From Octopus vulgaris (Eukaryota), in the NCBI GenBank assembly GCA_951406725.2, contig OX597816.1, positions 157,728,001 to 157,792,000 of the forward strand: DNA of 64,000 nt, in the 5' to 3' direction. Positions 25,551 through 41,880 of the stretch are shown here, piece after piece (the first letter of the stretch is position 1; each line of letters begins with the position of its first letter). Made by a program: the position numbers and the translations under genes. The notes under the pieces are model-generated. The model was not told where the DNA came from, ran no database searches, and worked only from the letters and a program-made list of their open reading frames with translations.

Positions 25551-25690
25551 CTCCTTTTGTAAGGAAATGGCAAGGGGCAATGCTAAATGTACATCCATCT
25601 TTACTTCCATCATTTAAAGGAGCGAATGCACACAAACTAGTGCTTGAAGCAGGTGTAAAATTGACTGGATGTTCCGTACATTTTGTTGCA
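25551..25690 (+). CDS. GART: GART exon (GAR transformylase active site)
   Basis: ttacag / gtaagt; [28 protein letters not shown]...TGCSVHFVA with the catalytic N-x-H. Confidence 0.95.
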
Positions 25691-25817
25691 GTAAGTGTTA
25701 TCACCATTTTTTTTTTTATTGTAGTTTGTAATTTCCTCGTCTTCAACACTATATCTCATGAAACTTCACTGTACTTATGATAAACATGTAATATATATAT
25801 ATATATATATATATGTT

Positions 25818-26157
25818 TGAAGGCGCATGGCTCAGTGGTTAGAGCGTCGAGCTTACGATCGTGAGGTTGTGAGCTCGAATCCCGGACCGGGCTGCGTGTT
25901 GTGTTCTTGAGCAAGGCACTTTATTTCACGTTGCTCCAGTTCACTCAGCTGTAGAAATGAGTTGCGACGTCACTGGTGCCAAGCTGTATCGACCTTTGTC
26001 TTTCCCTTGGATAACACTGGTGGCGTGGAGAGGGGAGGCTGGTATGCATGGGCGACTGCTGGTCTTCCATAAACAACCTTGCCCGGACTTGTGTCTAGGA
26101 GGGTAACTTTCTAGGTGCAATCCCATGGTCATTCATGACCGAAGGGGGTCTTTACCC
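25818..26157 (+). mobile_element. young tRNA-derived SINE family D
   Basis: TGGCTCAGTGGTTAGAGC..GAGCTCGAATCCC head followed by CTTGAGCAAGGCACTT; CpG-rich. Confidence 0.8.
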
Positions 26158-26912
26158 TGTGTGTATGTATGTGTATCTGTGTTTGTCCCCCCCACCATTG
26201 CTTGACAACGTCTGTTTATGTCCCCATAACTTAGCCGTTCGGCAAAAGAGACTGATAGAATAAGTACTAGGCTTGCAAAGAATAAGTCCTGGGGTCAATT
26301 TGTTCAACTAAAGGTGGTGCTCCAGCATGGCTGCAGTCAAATGACTGAAACAAGTAAAAGAATAAAATAATGTTGAATTGCAGTATCACATGATTGACCA
26401 AACTATTGGATGTTGTTATACATCACTGGTTACAATACACTTTGCAGTGTTTTAGCTTTTGAATCTATTCATTTAATATTGAATAGATTGAGGCATGGCT
26501 ATATGATTAAGAAGTATGCTTCCCTAGCTTTGGTTTGGGTTCGTGTTTCCTTGAATGTCATCTGCTATATCCTCACGCTGAACAAAGACTTGTGAGAGTT
26601 GGTAGGCAGAAACTGAAAGAAGCCCATCATATATGTGCATACATGTGTGTTGTCTTGACATAATGCAGTAGATACAAAAAGAGCACCTCTATCATACAAG
26701 CAATGTCCCTCATCATCAGTCTTCTGTGAAAACATGTCCAGCCATAAGGATGTATTGCCTTGTTTAGAAACGAGTGAGAGTTGGTGATAAGAAAGGTATC
26801 TAGCTGTTAAATAAATCTACAACAAATCCCATCTGAGCCATGCAAGCATATAGAAAAGTGGAAGTTAAAACAGTGATGATGATGTACCTCCAAACTTTTC
26901 TAAGTAAATAGA

Positions 26913-27265
26913 CAGGCATAGCTGTGTAGTAAGTAGATTGCTTCCCAACCACGTTTCCAGGTTCAGTCCCACTGCGTGGCACCTTGGGCAAGTGTCTTCT
27001 ACTATAGCCTCAGGCCAATTAAAACCTTGAGAGTGGATTTGGGAGACGGAAGCTGAAAGAAGCCCAACATGTGTATGTTTGTGTGTCTGTGTTTGTCCGC
27101 CCATCATCGCGTGACAACTGATGTTGGTGCGTTTATGACCCCATAACTTAGCAGTTCAGCAAAAGAGACCAATAGAATAAGTACTAAGCTTATAAAGAAT
27201 AAGTTCTGGAGTCGATTTGTTCAACGAAAGGCAGTGATGACTGAAACAAGTAAAAGAATAAAAGA
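26913..27265 (+). mobile_element. SINE family B (partial copies at 26160-26365 and 49337-49615)
   Basis: aligns to 45439-45835. Confidence 0.8.
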
Positions 27266-27448
27266 AAAAAAATTATTTTCAAGACTGCTTTTTGGGTAAT
27301 GAGCCAAAAGTACACTCCTGAAAATAAGAATTAAATGTAAAATATAGAGTTGCCAACATTTAATCTCAATGAATAAGTACAACCAGCCATTATTTCAAGC
27401 TAGTATACCTTGGTAACATATTCCATGCTTTCAATATTTGTTTTAGGC

Positions 27449-27852
27449 AAGGCGGTGAGCTGGCAGAAACGTTAGCACACCAGGCGAAATGCGTAACCGT
27501 ATTTCGTTTGCCGTTACATTCTGAGTTCAAATTCCGCCAAGGTCGACTTTGCCTTTCATCCTTTCAGCGTTGATAAATTAAGTACCAGTTACACACTGGG
27601 GTCGATTTAATCGACTTAATCCGTTTGTCCTTGTTTGTCTCGTCTGTGTTTAGCACCTTGTGGGTAGTAAAGAGATAGGTATTTTGTTCATCTTTACGTT
27701 CTGAGTTCAAATTCCGCCGAGAGGTCGACTTTGCCTTTCATCCTTTTGAGGTCAATAAATTAAGTACCAGTTATGTACTGGTGTCGTTCTAATTTATTGC
27801 CCCCCCCCCCCCTCCCCAAAATTTTTGGCCTTGTGCCTAGAATAGAAAAGAG
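27449..27852 (+). mobile_element. two tandem SINE family A copies
   Basis: B-box GAGTTCAAATTCC at about 27523 and 27703. Confidence 0.8.
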
Positions 27853-30124
27853 TATTTGTTTTAGGCACTGATGTAGTAGCCAGTAGATAGACACCCTCTC
27901 AGACTTCTCATTGGCTCAATAAAACGTTCAGGATGCAACAGCTGGAAGGAGAGAGAGGGAGAGATGCACCAGGACTCAGCTGGTATCTGTTTTGGTTGCG
28001 CAGACTGAAACATGAAATGAAATACCTTGCTTAAGGACACAGTGTCCTGTCCAGTTCAGGAATTGAACCCACAACATTCTAATCATTAGCCAAACCCTGT
28101 GACCACTAAGTCACAGACCTTCACAATCATCATCATCATCGTTTAACATCCGTTCTCCATGCTAGCATGGGTTGGACGGTTCGACCGGGGATCTGGGAAG
28201 CCAGAAGGCTGCACCAGGCTCCACTCTTATCTGGCAACGTTTCTACAGCTGATGCCCTTCCTAACGCCAACCACTCCGTGAGTGTAGTGGGTGCTTTTTA
28301 CGTGCCACCTATATCAGTGGATATAGTGCCACAATATCAGTGGATATCCATGGATGTTATATGTACTTTGTTTCTATTTTAATCAGAATTGATCGATAAG
28401 GTCACTCTGCTGTTTGTCTTGAAAATATTACCATCATCATCATTTAGTGTGCATGTTCCATGTTGGAATGGATTGGACAGTTTAACAGCATCCAACAGGT
28501 TAGAAGACTCAAGTGTCTGCTCTTACATGGTTTCAATAATTTCCTAATGCCAACCACTTCATAGTGTACTGGGTGCTTTTTTGTGTCACCAGCATTAATG
28601 AGATCTCCAAGTACCTAACAAAACAAGACTCTTTAACTGAGGAAGGTGGCTTATGCCAGGTATTGATAGGGATAGGAATGGGTATCTTACTGTAGAGCAG
28701 ATACACGGCTATGCCCAGCTGAAAATGTAGAAAAGATGGTCATGATGAAATGCTTAGACAATGTACAAGAGGGCAAACATGAGAAAGATAGGAACTGAGG
28801 AACAAAATAAGCTTGTACATGAGGTGAGCAACTGATGGTTAGAAGTAGGGACATCGGTGATGCAATGAATGGCAAACAGGAGCAGAGATATGGTCAATAG
28901 CATATATCAGTTATGGTGAAGGAAATAGAAGCAGGACAGAGGCGGGGCAGATGATAAGTGGCAGTGCAAAAAGAAAAGGGTGGAGTGGAGAGCAGCAGTG
29001 TAATAAGACTTTATAGACAAGAAATAAGATGATTTAAAGTGTAGGGAGAGAGGAAGGGATACTCAGTGGTGTGGGTGGAGATCAGAGGTATACAGGTGAA
29101 TATTGGTATGGGATGATACTGAGATTGCAACATGGGGAGGTGGCTCTAAGGAAAGCAGGGAACTGATAGCAGAAAATTGCAGGGGATGAAATATGGGCAC
29201 CCTTGCTCTCATTATTATAATTACAACAGCTGAAATAGGGCTGTAATTAGAAGAGTGATGAAAGGATCGGTGTTAAGAAGATAGGTTGTGGGGAGCATAA
29301 ACAAAACAACATACTTTAAGGCCCTTGTTTTTACCAAGGTGGATAAGTTTTGAACAGTAAATCACCAATCATCTTTTAACATCTCCTCCAAAAGGCTCAA
29401 TGTCATACGATTGCTCTATAATGTAGCCATTGAGTATAGTCTCCTTTCATACAACCTGATTGACTGTGTGTCTAAGAAGACCATATTCTATACTGCCAGA
29501 TATTTTAACCCTTTAGCATTCAGATTACTCTGTCAAATGTAATGCTTATTTATTCATAGTTTTAAATTAATCATGCATTATCTCATAGCTTCAAGATTTT
29601 GATGATATGGTTGTTTTAGCATGACATTGTAGGATAGGTGTGAGAGGCTGGACCTGACCAGTTTGGACAGATATGGCAGGCTTATGTATCTGCAGTGATC
29701 ACCAATCAATCAGGGGCTTTTCCTTCATGATTTTAATTGTCCTGTCTGTCAATTAGAATATCTGGTCCCTCTGTTGAGTTCATGTTGGGAAGATTATCTT
29801 TCTTTCATGCATTTTCCACCCACAGCTGAAGTGTTAATGCTGCCCACCCTGCTGATGAAGAGCATTGACCTGCAAGAGCCTTGTACCAGTGACACATTAA
29901 AAAGCACCCAGCACACACTGTAAAGTGGTTGGTGTTAGGAAGGGCACTCAACCATAGAAACCAAGCTAAATCAGAGGTCAAACCTGCATGGAAAACGGGC
30001 ATTAAAGGATGATGGTGATGAATAATCTTTCATAGTAATGCTTCTATGATTTCATTGCCATTGGTATCAACATAGCTACAGCTTGTTGATCAAAACAAAT
30101 AAAAACTAACTAAGATTTCAGTTA

Positions 30125-30636
30125 CCATAAATCCTCGTGTATAATCCGCATTTTTTTCACAAAATTTAAAGGTCAAAATCCCTAGTGTGTACTATATATG
30201 AGATTAAAAATGAAAATTATTTTCTAAGCAATGTCCGAGTCTCTATTTGCTGTCCGGCAATGTTTATTCAGACGCATTTTGTGATGTCAGACGCGAAAAT
30301 ACCTTAAGCTAAGCCTGAAAGCAATGAAGTCATAAAAGAATCATCCATAACTTGCAGTAAGCAACATTTATTAAACGTTATTACTGTTATTTCTTTATTT
30401 TCTGCAAACGAAATGCACAAAAAAGCTACACATTTGCATTATGTTATATATACAATAATAATAAGGTACGTAACCGTATACATTTTTACAAACCAAGGAC
30501 GTTATATAGACCTCCTTGACTCAAGTTAGATAAGGAGTGCGTATTATACACAAGGTTTAGGTCTTTCAGAGGTACTGCTCCCTAAAAATCCCCTGCATAT
30601 TATACTCAAGGGCTGACTATACTCGAGGATTTATGG
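30125..30636. mobile_element. TA-flanked MITE (Tc1/mariner/pogo superfamily)
   Basis: TIR CCATAAATCCTCGWGTATA at both ends, TA duplication, no ORF. Confidence 0.85.
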
Positions 30637-30783
30637 TATTTGTCTCGTGTGTTTACAAAACAAAAATTGGTGTAATTGTATTAATGCGTTTGGTCTTGAG
30701 ACATTGTGTATACTGTCTAAACAAATATGTCACTTCCTTTTCCAATTTATTTTTCATCACTTTTTTTTGTTTTTTTAAATCAG

Positions 30784-30975
30784 CCTGAAGTAGACTCTGG
30801 AGCTATATTGGTTCAGAAATCTGCACCAGTTTATCCTAATGACACAGAAGATACTTTATCAGAAAGAGTCAAGCAACTTGAACACGTTGCTTACCCTGAA
30901 GCTCTTGAGCTTCTTGCTAGTGGAGAGATTTTATTGCAAGAAAATGGTAAAATATTATGGCGAGATTGGTGTTGA
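30784..30975 (+). CDS. GART: GART last coding exon
   Basis: aatcag acceptor after polypyrimidine tract; PEVDSGAILVQ (catalytic Asp)...ERVKQLEHVAYPEALELLASG...WRDWC-stop. Confidence 0.95.
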   Translation, partial: PEVDSGAILVQKSAPVYPNDTEDTLSERVKQLEHVAYPEALELLASGEILLQENGKILWRDWC

Positions 30976-31344
30976 GCCACTTTCACAATAGCTGGGAAAA
31001 GAATTTGCATTGCAAACAAATGTTTACAGGAAAAAAAAAAAGAAAGAAAAACACAAACTGGTTTGCTTATGAATCTCATTAAAATACTCAATTTTGTACC
31101 CCATTTTTTTCTCTCTCCTATATTTCTTAAAAGTTTGTTTTAGAGCTTGGATAAAAATAGTGCAATCAATAACTACTTTTTTGTTTTTTAGGAATTTGGT
31201 TAAATAGTCATTTGGTTGGATATGTTCAAACTTGTCTGTTTAAAACAATGAACTGTTTCAGAGTTTATGGAAGCAATACGAATGAATATGTATAGTGTTC
31301 CATTTTGGATTTGAATTCCAAATTTTTATTTCTAAAAACTTCAA

Positions 31345-31350
31345 AATAAA
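31345..31350 (+). terminator. candidate GART polyadenylation signal (alternative ATTAAA at 31078-31083)
   Basis: AATAAA about 370 nt after the stop codon, GT-rich sequence downstream. Confidence 0.4.
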
Positions 31351-32340
31351 AATTGCAAGTTCAAATCCAGCCTGGAACATTGTGTGTGTTCTAAACCAAT
31401 ACTTTCAAAATGATGTATAACTAGAAATACAAGATGACACCAATGGTCAAGTAAACTTTAATTAGTTGCTGTATTCCCATTGTGATAGGACATACATGAG
31501 TATGGTTGTGTAATTAAGAAGTTAGTGGTTCAGTCCCACTATGTGATACCTTGGGCAAGTGTTATATGTGTGTGTGTGAAGATATGTACTAGTTGTATAT
31601 GAGTGTCACTGTCATACAAACAGTGCCATTTCATACTTGAAAACAGGTGAGGGTTGATATCTAGCCTTAATAACATCGTTAAACATGATGGGAAGGACCT
31701 CCAGCTTTAAGAACTATATTAGGGGACAGTAGCTCTAAATAAGAATTGACCAGATTATTAGGGTTGATGATGATGATGAGGACCCGTCCAGTCCATGCCA
31801 GCATGAAAAATAGACATGAAATGATGATAGTGACAAATTAATTTATTCAATTTTAAGGTGGATGCCTTTCTTACTAATTGCAATTCACTCAGCTGAAGAT
31901 AATTTGAGGCAAGCAGTTATGTGATGTCATTATTGCTACATATTTCATGCTTGTGCATACTTTTATTTAAAAACAAGACAAAATACTCCACATGTGGAGT
32001 TTATTCAATGTGTGATTTTATTTCATTGTTACTCTAAGTTTAGGTTATTATTAAGGCAACTGCTACCAATCAACCTAAGGAGTATAAAAGAAATGAGGAA
32101 ATTCAGTAACAAGATTGAAGACTGAACCTTGACATGTGTCACCTCCTACTGCAACCCTTTGTCATCTGCCAAAGCAACCCTTTATTTGCTAGAAAGCCCT
32201 TCTTGTCACTAATATCTTTATAACAAACTAGGTGTACTTCACTGTGACACTAGAGTTGTCAGTGACAGGATTAAAGCTTCCCTCCACCAGTTTTTATTTG
32301 GAGTTACTGCCTTCTTAGATCAGTAGCTTGCAGCATCCAT

Positions 32341-34647
32341 ATCATCATCATCATCATCATTTAATGTCCATTTTCCATGCTGGCATGGGTTGGATGGTTT
32401 GGCATGGAGCTGTTCAGACTCCAGTTGTCTGTTGTGGCATGGTTTCTATGGCTTGATGCCTTTCCTAATACCAACCACTCTACTGATTGTGCTGGGTGCT
32501 TTTTACATGCCACCAGCACAAGTACATTCTATGTGGCACTGGCACCTGCTAAGGGCTTGCCTGTATGTATGGATGGCAGCGATTTTACTTAGCTTGACGT
32601 TTCTTCTCAAGTACAGCAAATTTCCACAACTCCTGTCCCTTGTCATTTCCTATATAATGAGATGACTCTAAAAAGTTAGATATTTCACAATACTTTAGTC
32701 TTCTCGCACCACAGGATGGAATGTATGCATTTATTTTCAGGCAAGTTGATTGTGAAGCAAATGTCTTTCTTGCTCCTTCAATATTCCTTTGCAGAGAATA
32801 CCAGTCTGTGTTGTAGTTAACATCCCAAAAACTAAGTTGGAATTCTCAATGGTCCTATATATCATCATCATCATCGTTTAACGCCTGCTTTCCATCGTTG
32901 GACGATTTGACTGAGGCCTGGCGAACCAGATGGCTGCACCAGACTTCGATCTGATCTGGCAGACTTTCTACAGCTGGATGCCCTTCCTAACACCAACCAC
33001 TCCGAGAGTGTAGTGGGTGCTTTTACGTGTCACCGGCACAAGCACCAGTCAGGCAGTACTGGCCACGGCCACGCTCAAATGGTGCTTTTTATGTACCACC
33101 TGCACAGGAGCCAGTCCAGCGGCACTGGCAACGACCTCGCTCAAATGTTTTTATATATATATATATATGTACACACACACACACACACACTGCAGTGAGT
33201 CTGAACTAGCTATCTATATGGTAGTAATCAATTGTTTTATCCACTTGCTCATAGAATCATATTCAATAATTTACTGCTTAGCTAACAAAACTTTTTTTGT
33301 TTGTGTACATTACATTACTTGCTTGCAGAAAACTTTCTAACTGTTAATACCTTAGACCATTAATAATTAAATATATTTGTTACCAATATTTACACACACA
33401 TGGTATTACAGAAAAACCACCCATGCTGGTGCCACATAAGCACCAGTTCTGGTGCCATGTCAAAAGCACCCAGTACACTCTGTAAAGTGGTTGGCATTAT
33501 GAGGCATTAAGCCATAGAAATCATGCCAGAACAGACAGCTGAAGCCTGGTGTAGCTCTCTGGCTTGCCAGCTCGTCAAATTGGCCAACCCATGTCAGCTT
33601 GGAAAACATACATTAAATGATGACACTGATTTATACAGAACACAATATACAAGATTACATGCTATTCTCAAGTAATCAACTTCATCGATCAGATCAGTCT
33701 CTGAAGAACAATAAAGACTATGGCTATTGCTCCCGCTTCTTGGGCGTACCAGTGGCACTTAAAAGGTGTGATCGTTACCAGTGTCGCATTACTAGCACTC
33801 AAGCCCCGTGCTAGTAGGGTATTAAGAGCACCATCCGAGCGTGATCGTTGCCAGAGCAGCTATCTGGCTTCTGTGCTGGTGACACGTAAACGACACCATT
33901 CGAGCATGATCGTTACCAGCATCGCCTTACTGGCACCTGTGCCGGTGGCATGTGTAAAAGATTCGAGCAAGGTCGTTGCCAGTGCCGCCTGACAGGCACG
34001 TAAAATCACCCACTACACTTTCGGAGTGGTTGGCGTTAGGAAGGGCATCCAGCTGTAGAAATTCTGCCATATCAAGATTGAAACCTGGTGCAGCCATCTG
34101 GTTCGCCAGCCCTCAGTCATATGTCCAACCCATGCTAGCATGGAAAGCAGACGTTAAATGATAATGACAATGATGATATATGTAATATAGATATATATAA
34201 ATATATATGTATATATATATATATATATATATGATAAATTCCAGACTTCAGTGATAAATTCCAGACTTCAGAAATCGATCAATGGAAATTGCAGATGTGT
34301 TACCAGTGCCGGTGGCATGTAAGAGAACTTTCCGTTTCGCGACCGTTGCCAGCACCGCCCTGTTTCGTGTCCGTTGCCAGCCTCGCCTGGCCCTCGTGCC
34401 GGTGGCACATAAAAAGCACCATCCGTTCGTGGCCGTTTGCCAGCTCTGTCTGGCACCAGTGCGGGTGGCACGTAAAAAGCACCCACTACACTCACGGAGT
34501 GGTTGGCGTTAGGAAGGGCATCCAGCCGTAGAAACACTGCCAGATTTGACTGGGCCTGATGAAGCCTTCTGGCTTCACAGACCCCAGTAGAACCGTCCAA
34601 CCCATGCTAGCATGGAAAACGGACGCTAAACGATGATGATGATGATG
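32341..34647. mobile_element. five intergenic RTE 3' ends: 32341 (-), 32861 (-), 33420 (+), 33720 (+), 34270 (+)
   Basis: same tail consensus; 34270-34647 is CpG-rich and looks young. Confidence 0.8.
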
Positions 34648-34843
34648 CTTTACACATAGATATAAGGACACAAATTTATAGAGATGAGAAAAAGAACACT
34701 GTTGCATTGTTACCTTTCTTTCACACAGTTGTTTAAATGGTTTCCAGGACAATGTTGATACAACATTGTAGATTTCACCTGGTCTTCTCCATCAGAATCT
34801 CATGACAATGATTTAATAAACAACAGCTAGAAAAAATAAACTG

Positions 34844-34849
34844 TTTATT
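34844..34849 (-). terminator. candidate polyadenylation signal of the kinase gene (another at 34923-34928)
   Basis: AATAAA on minus about 220 nt after the stop codon. Confidence 0.45.
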
Positions 34850-35069
34850 TGACTGTTTACAACTTACGATTCGTTTTGTTCCAGAGCAACATTTTCTTTC
34901 TCAGAGTAATATATATAAGCAGTTTATTGCTTAATCTTGTTTCTTAACATGGAATTGATACGTGTATTTCTCTCGGTCAGATAATGAAAGTGAATGATTA
35001 ACATAAAATAGAAATATATGAGTTAGTATAAAAGATTCATTGATCAGAAATCCTGCTTAAATGTTGCTT

Positions 35070-35246
35070 TCAAACAAGGCTACCAAATAAAGGAGTCATT
35101 AATTCAAGCAGTTTTTTAAAAGTTGGTCTGTCAGCTGGATTCAGCTTCCAAGTCACCAGGATGATTGATCGTAGACTGCTGGGGCACTCATCAGGTATGT
35201 CCATTCTGTTACCCTCTTCAATAAAGTCTTTAATGTCAGATGCAGG
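35070..35246 (-). CDS. CSK: Csk-like kinase last coding exon
   Basis: ctacag acceptor; PASDIKDFIEEGNRMDIPDECPSSLRSIILVTWKLNPADRPTFKKLLELMTPLFGSLV-stop; no Src-type C-terminal Tyr tail. Confidence 0.9.
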   Translation of the reverse strand, partial: PASDIKDFIEEGNRMDIPDECPSSLRSIILVTWKLNPADRPTFKKLLELMTPLFGSLV

Positions 35247-35444
35247 CTGTAGAAAGAAATTAAAATTCAAGCTGTTGTAAATACATCTTTGTATTAGACA
35301 AGAAAATTAGTTTACAATGGCTGGGTGCAAGCGTAACTGTATGGTTAAGTTTGCTTCTCAATCATATGGCTTTGTGTTAGGTCTCGTTGCCTGGAATTTG
35401 AGGGAATTTGATAAGTGTAAACTAAAAAACCTTTATGTGCCTGA

Positions 35445-35720
35445 ATCATCATCATCATCGTTTAACGTCCATTTTCCATGCTAGCATGGGTTGGACGGTT
35501 TGACTGAGGGCTGGCAAACCAGATGGCTGCACCAGGCTCCAGTCTTGATCTGGCAGAGTTTCTACAGCTGGATGCCCTTCCTAACGCCAACCACTCCGAG
35601 AGTGTAGTGGGTGCTTTTATGTGCCACCGGCACGAGGGCCAATCAGGCAGTACTGGCAACGACCTCGCTCAAATCTTTTTACACATGCGAGCGAGGTCAT
35701 TGCCAGTACTCGCATGAATG
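35445..35720 (-). mobile_element. young RTE 3' end
   Basis: close to the in-window consensus. Confidence 0.8.
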
Positions 35721-36171
35721 TTTACAAAAATTATACTGAAACAATGGAAGCATCATTGTGGTTGGGCTGCACCGGGAGGTATTTGCTAACATTTTCTTTC
35801 AAATAACCCACTAGCTTTGCATTTTTGAATCCCTCATTTGAAAAACAGGTAAAACTTGGCCATCTGGAAGAGGATCCAGCTACAAAATTCCTGCATCAAT
35901 TTTTCTCCTGCCTAAGCCATGCTAGCATAGACAACAGATATTAAATGAAAAATAACTGAAACAAGTGCAACTCACAATATAGTGCTATTACTATATTTAG
36001 ACTACATCAAAAGACCAACTGCCATAGATACACACATTTTCCTCTAATTACTAACACACAAGTATAACCAGTCCAGGTGGAACCAGCTACAAAGATCATG
36101 GGAAACTGCTCCTTCTTTTCTAAGTACTTTATATGAAGAAAAAAAACACTTCTAATAATGCAAGCCTTGGA

Positions 36172-36945
36172 GTCATCATCATCATTGTTTAACATCCATT
36201 TTCCATGCCGCCATAGGTTGGATGGTTAGACTGAAAACTGGGGGGGCTGCATCAAGTTCCAGTCTGATTTGGCAAGGTCTCTACAACTCGATGCTCTTCC
36301 TAATGCCAACCACTCTGAGGGTGTAATGGGTGCTTTTTACATGCCATTGACCTGACATTGGGATTAGCCATGGTCTCACTTAGCTTCACAGGTCTACACG
36401 AGCATGGTATATCACCAAAGGTCACTTGTCACTGCCTCCATGAGGCCCAACACTTGGTGCTTTTTTTATGTGCCAGTCAGATGGCATTGGCCATGATTAT
36501 GTATTTCACTCGGTTCAACAGGTCTTCACAAGCATAGTTCAACGATTGAAGGGTGCTTTTAACAGGCCAGTTACAGGAAACTAGCATCGGCCACGACTAT
36601 GATCTCATTTGGCTTGACAGATCTTCTCAAGCAAAGCATATCTCCAAAAGATCTTGGTCACTTGTTATTGCCTCTATGAGGCCCAACATTCAAAGATCGT
36701 GCTTCACCACCTCGTCCCATGTCTTCCTGGGTCTAATTCTTTCACAGGTTCCCTTCATTAGAGTTTGATACTTCTTCACACAGCTGTCCTTATCCATATG
36801 TATCACATGACCATATCAGTGCAGTCGTCTCTCTTGCACACATCTGATGCTTCTTATGTCCAAACTTTCTCTCGGAATGCTTACACACTGACACTACACA
36901 TCCAGCAGAGCATACTAGCTTCATTTCTTACAAGTCTACGTATGT
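36172..36945 (-). mobile_element. RTE LINE 3' end linking the ORF C-terminus to the 3' UTR and (GAT)n tail
   Basis: minus strand GTCERIRPRKTWDEVVKHDL*MLGLIEAITSDQDL followed by the common GGCATCC...CATGGAAAATGGATGTTAAAC(GAT)n tail. Confidence 0.85.
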
Positions 36946-37454
36946 CCTTAGTAGTCCTGACAATAGTTTATTGCTGGCTGCTCGTTTATTTTAACCAATT
37001 ACTATGAATTATCTATTTCCAACATGGGAAGCTTAAGCAACTAAAAAAAAAAAAAAGCAAATAAAATCTATCTTGCTTAACAAATAATCTGTCATTGACC
37101 TCAACAAGGATTTGCAGTTATACAAACAGGATATACTTGATTAGGTCAAAAGTATATATTGCAGCAAAAATAAAGTTTCTAAAACCAGTATTACTCATCA
37201 AAAGTTTTTTAAAAATCAATAAAAAGGCGGTGCTCCAGTATGGCCACAGTTAAATGATTGAAACAAATAAAAGAATAAATACACATAACTCAGCTTATTG
37301 ATTCTATTTATACTGAATGATAGTCTTAGTTTCTCTTTAAAATATAAATGCATATGTTGTATGTGTTTAAGGCTAGAAATTTTAAAATACACTCTATTCT
37401 GAAAACCATATTAAACTAAGGATTTTATGAAATCCTTTTTTGATTGCTAATACC

Positions 37455-40205
<2,751 letters not shown>

Positions 40206-41539
40206 AGCCTTTTTGTTTGCATATGCTAAATATCATCAGCCCTTAGTCATTAATTACTGTCTTGAGAACTAGGACGCATAGGGCCAGTTACCTAGTTTCT
40301 ATGGTGCATAAGTGGCCAAGATCATCGGCATTCCCACTGAATAGGATGCCAGTGCATCCCAAGGTCACTCAATTAAGTGAACTAAAGTAATATGAAATCA
40401 AATGCTTTGCTCAAGAACTTGCCCAAGAATCAAAACCATGATCTTGTAATTGTGAGTACATCATCCTCACCACTAGGCCATGTGCATTCACTAAGTTGGA
40501 TATGCTAGATGTTATTGTTTAACCCCAGTCCAAAGTACCTTTAAGGGACATTATCAATGACCATTTAAGTTGTTCTTTTCTAAGATGGTTGAGTATGATT
40601 TGTAGAGAGCTGACACCTATTTTTAGCACGTTGAGCAATAACAAAGGTTTCTCATTAAATGTATGTAGAAACAGTAATTAGACCTCATAGGTGAATGCTT
40701 GACCATCTAATAAATAATTGTAGATTAATCTTCAGATCTGGTCAATATGTTGTACCATGTATGACCATCCCACTTACATTAAATTCTTACTCAGTACTCT
40801 CCTATATTGGTTTCAAATTTTGGCACAAGGCTAGCAATTTCAGAGGAGGTGACAAGTCAATTACATTGACCCCAGTTCTCATGCTGCTTCTTTCTTTAAC
40901 TATTAGCTTGTTAGCTTTTTTTAGCCTTCCTTCATGGAATTTTACCTCCTTGATCTGCACAACATCACTATTTACACCCCTTCCTGCTGCTGTAGCATAG
41001 CTGACAGCTGGTTGAGTATCCATAACTTCGTTGGTCACAAATGACATGAAAATTTCCAGAAATTGTCTTCATAAAGACACAGTTCAATAAATTTACAGAA
41101 ATCTTCTACCCCATAGGGCAAAAGTTACAGTTTTCCACAGGACACCAGTTCAAATTCCAATAAAATTTTCAATTCAAATATAAGATAAATTCACAATAAC
41201 AGAACAGGAGACGAACTCACATACCAATGGTAACAACTGAAAACAACACTGTGTCGCAGATGAAAAAGGCGTGGCCTGCTAGCTGTCGATGCTTATTTAC
41301 CTTTGAAAGCATATAGATTTCAAGTGAAATAAATTCACTGATCTACAAAATTAGAAATATTACATTTCTAAATCTCTCAGAGACTTATACAGTAGCAGCA
41401 TGATAAAGTGATGGTTTGTTGCCAACTTAATGTAGCAGTCCCAGGAAAGGGAAGAATGCTATTGCTAATTAGCCCCAGGAAACACTGTTTCCAGTTGGCC
41501 ATGTGACACAATCATTCTGTGTCCTTATGTTTACAAACA

Positions 41540-41880
41540 GGGGCAGATATCAGGTGTAGTGTTGGCGAATTTCAGGAAGCATGGAGGTTTTAAAGGCTAC
41601 TAACAACTGATGCAGGTAGTTTGTTCCATGCTTCAGCAAGAGAGTGAAAAAATATTTCCGAAAGTCAAAGGAGCTGTGCTGTTTTCTGACCTTGTAGGCA
41701 TGCCCACGTGTGTTAGACACATGGAGCTCAAAAAGGTACTCAAGATGATTGTTGATGTGATGGCTAATAATTTTGTGGGTGTTTACTAAGTCAGTTGCCA
41801 GATGTCAGAGCTTCAATGTATCTATGCCCAGGGAAGCAAAGCATTCAGAGTATGGTAGATGCATGATAGATGCCTGATAT
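41540..41880 (-). mobile_element. CR1 LINE fragment
   Basis: aligns to 59680-60020. Confidence 0.8.

Noticed and set aside
25818-25895. tRNA gene
   Set aside because: A and B boxes are present but there is no closing acceptor stem or T-run terminator, and it runs into a SINE body; the same holds for 3845, 22668 and 45439
7406-30975. Bacterial purM/purN genes or contamination
   Set aside because: GT-AG introns with consistent phases join AIRS and transformylase into one frame of about the same length as the animal trifunctional enzyme
34300-34500. CRISPR-like repeat-spacer pattern (GTGCCGGTGGCAC.TAAAAAGCACC about every 65 nt)
   Set aside because: The spacers are homologous to each other, arrays have at most 4 units, they are embedded in RTE 3' ends, the context is eukaryotic and there are no cas genes
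41425-41480. Twister-like TAATGTAGCAGTCCC motif
   Set aside because: The required pseudoknot partners were not found; it adjoins a CR1-related repeat end
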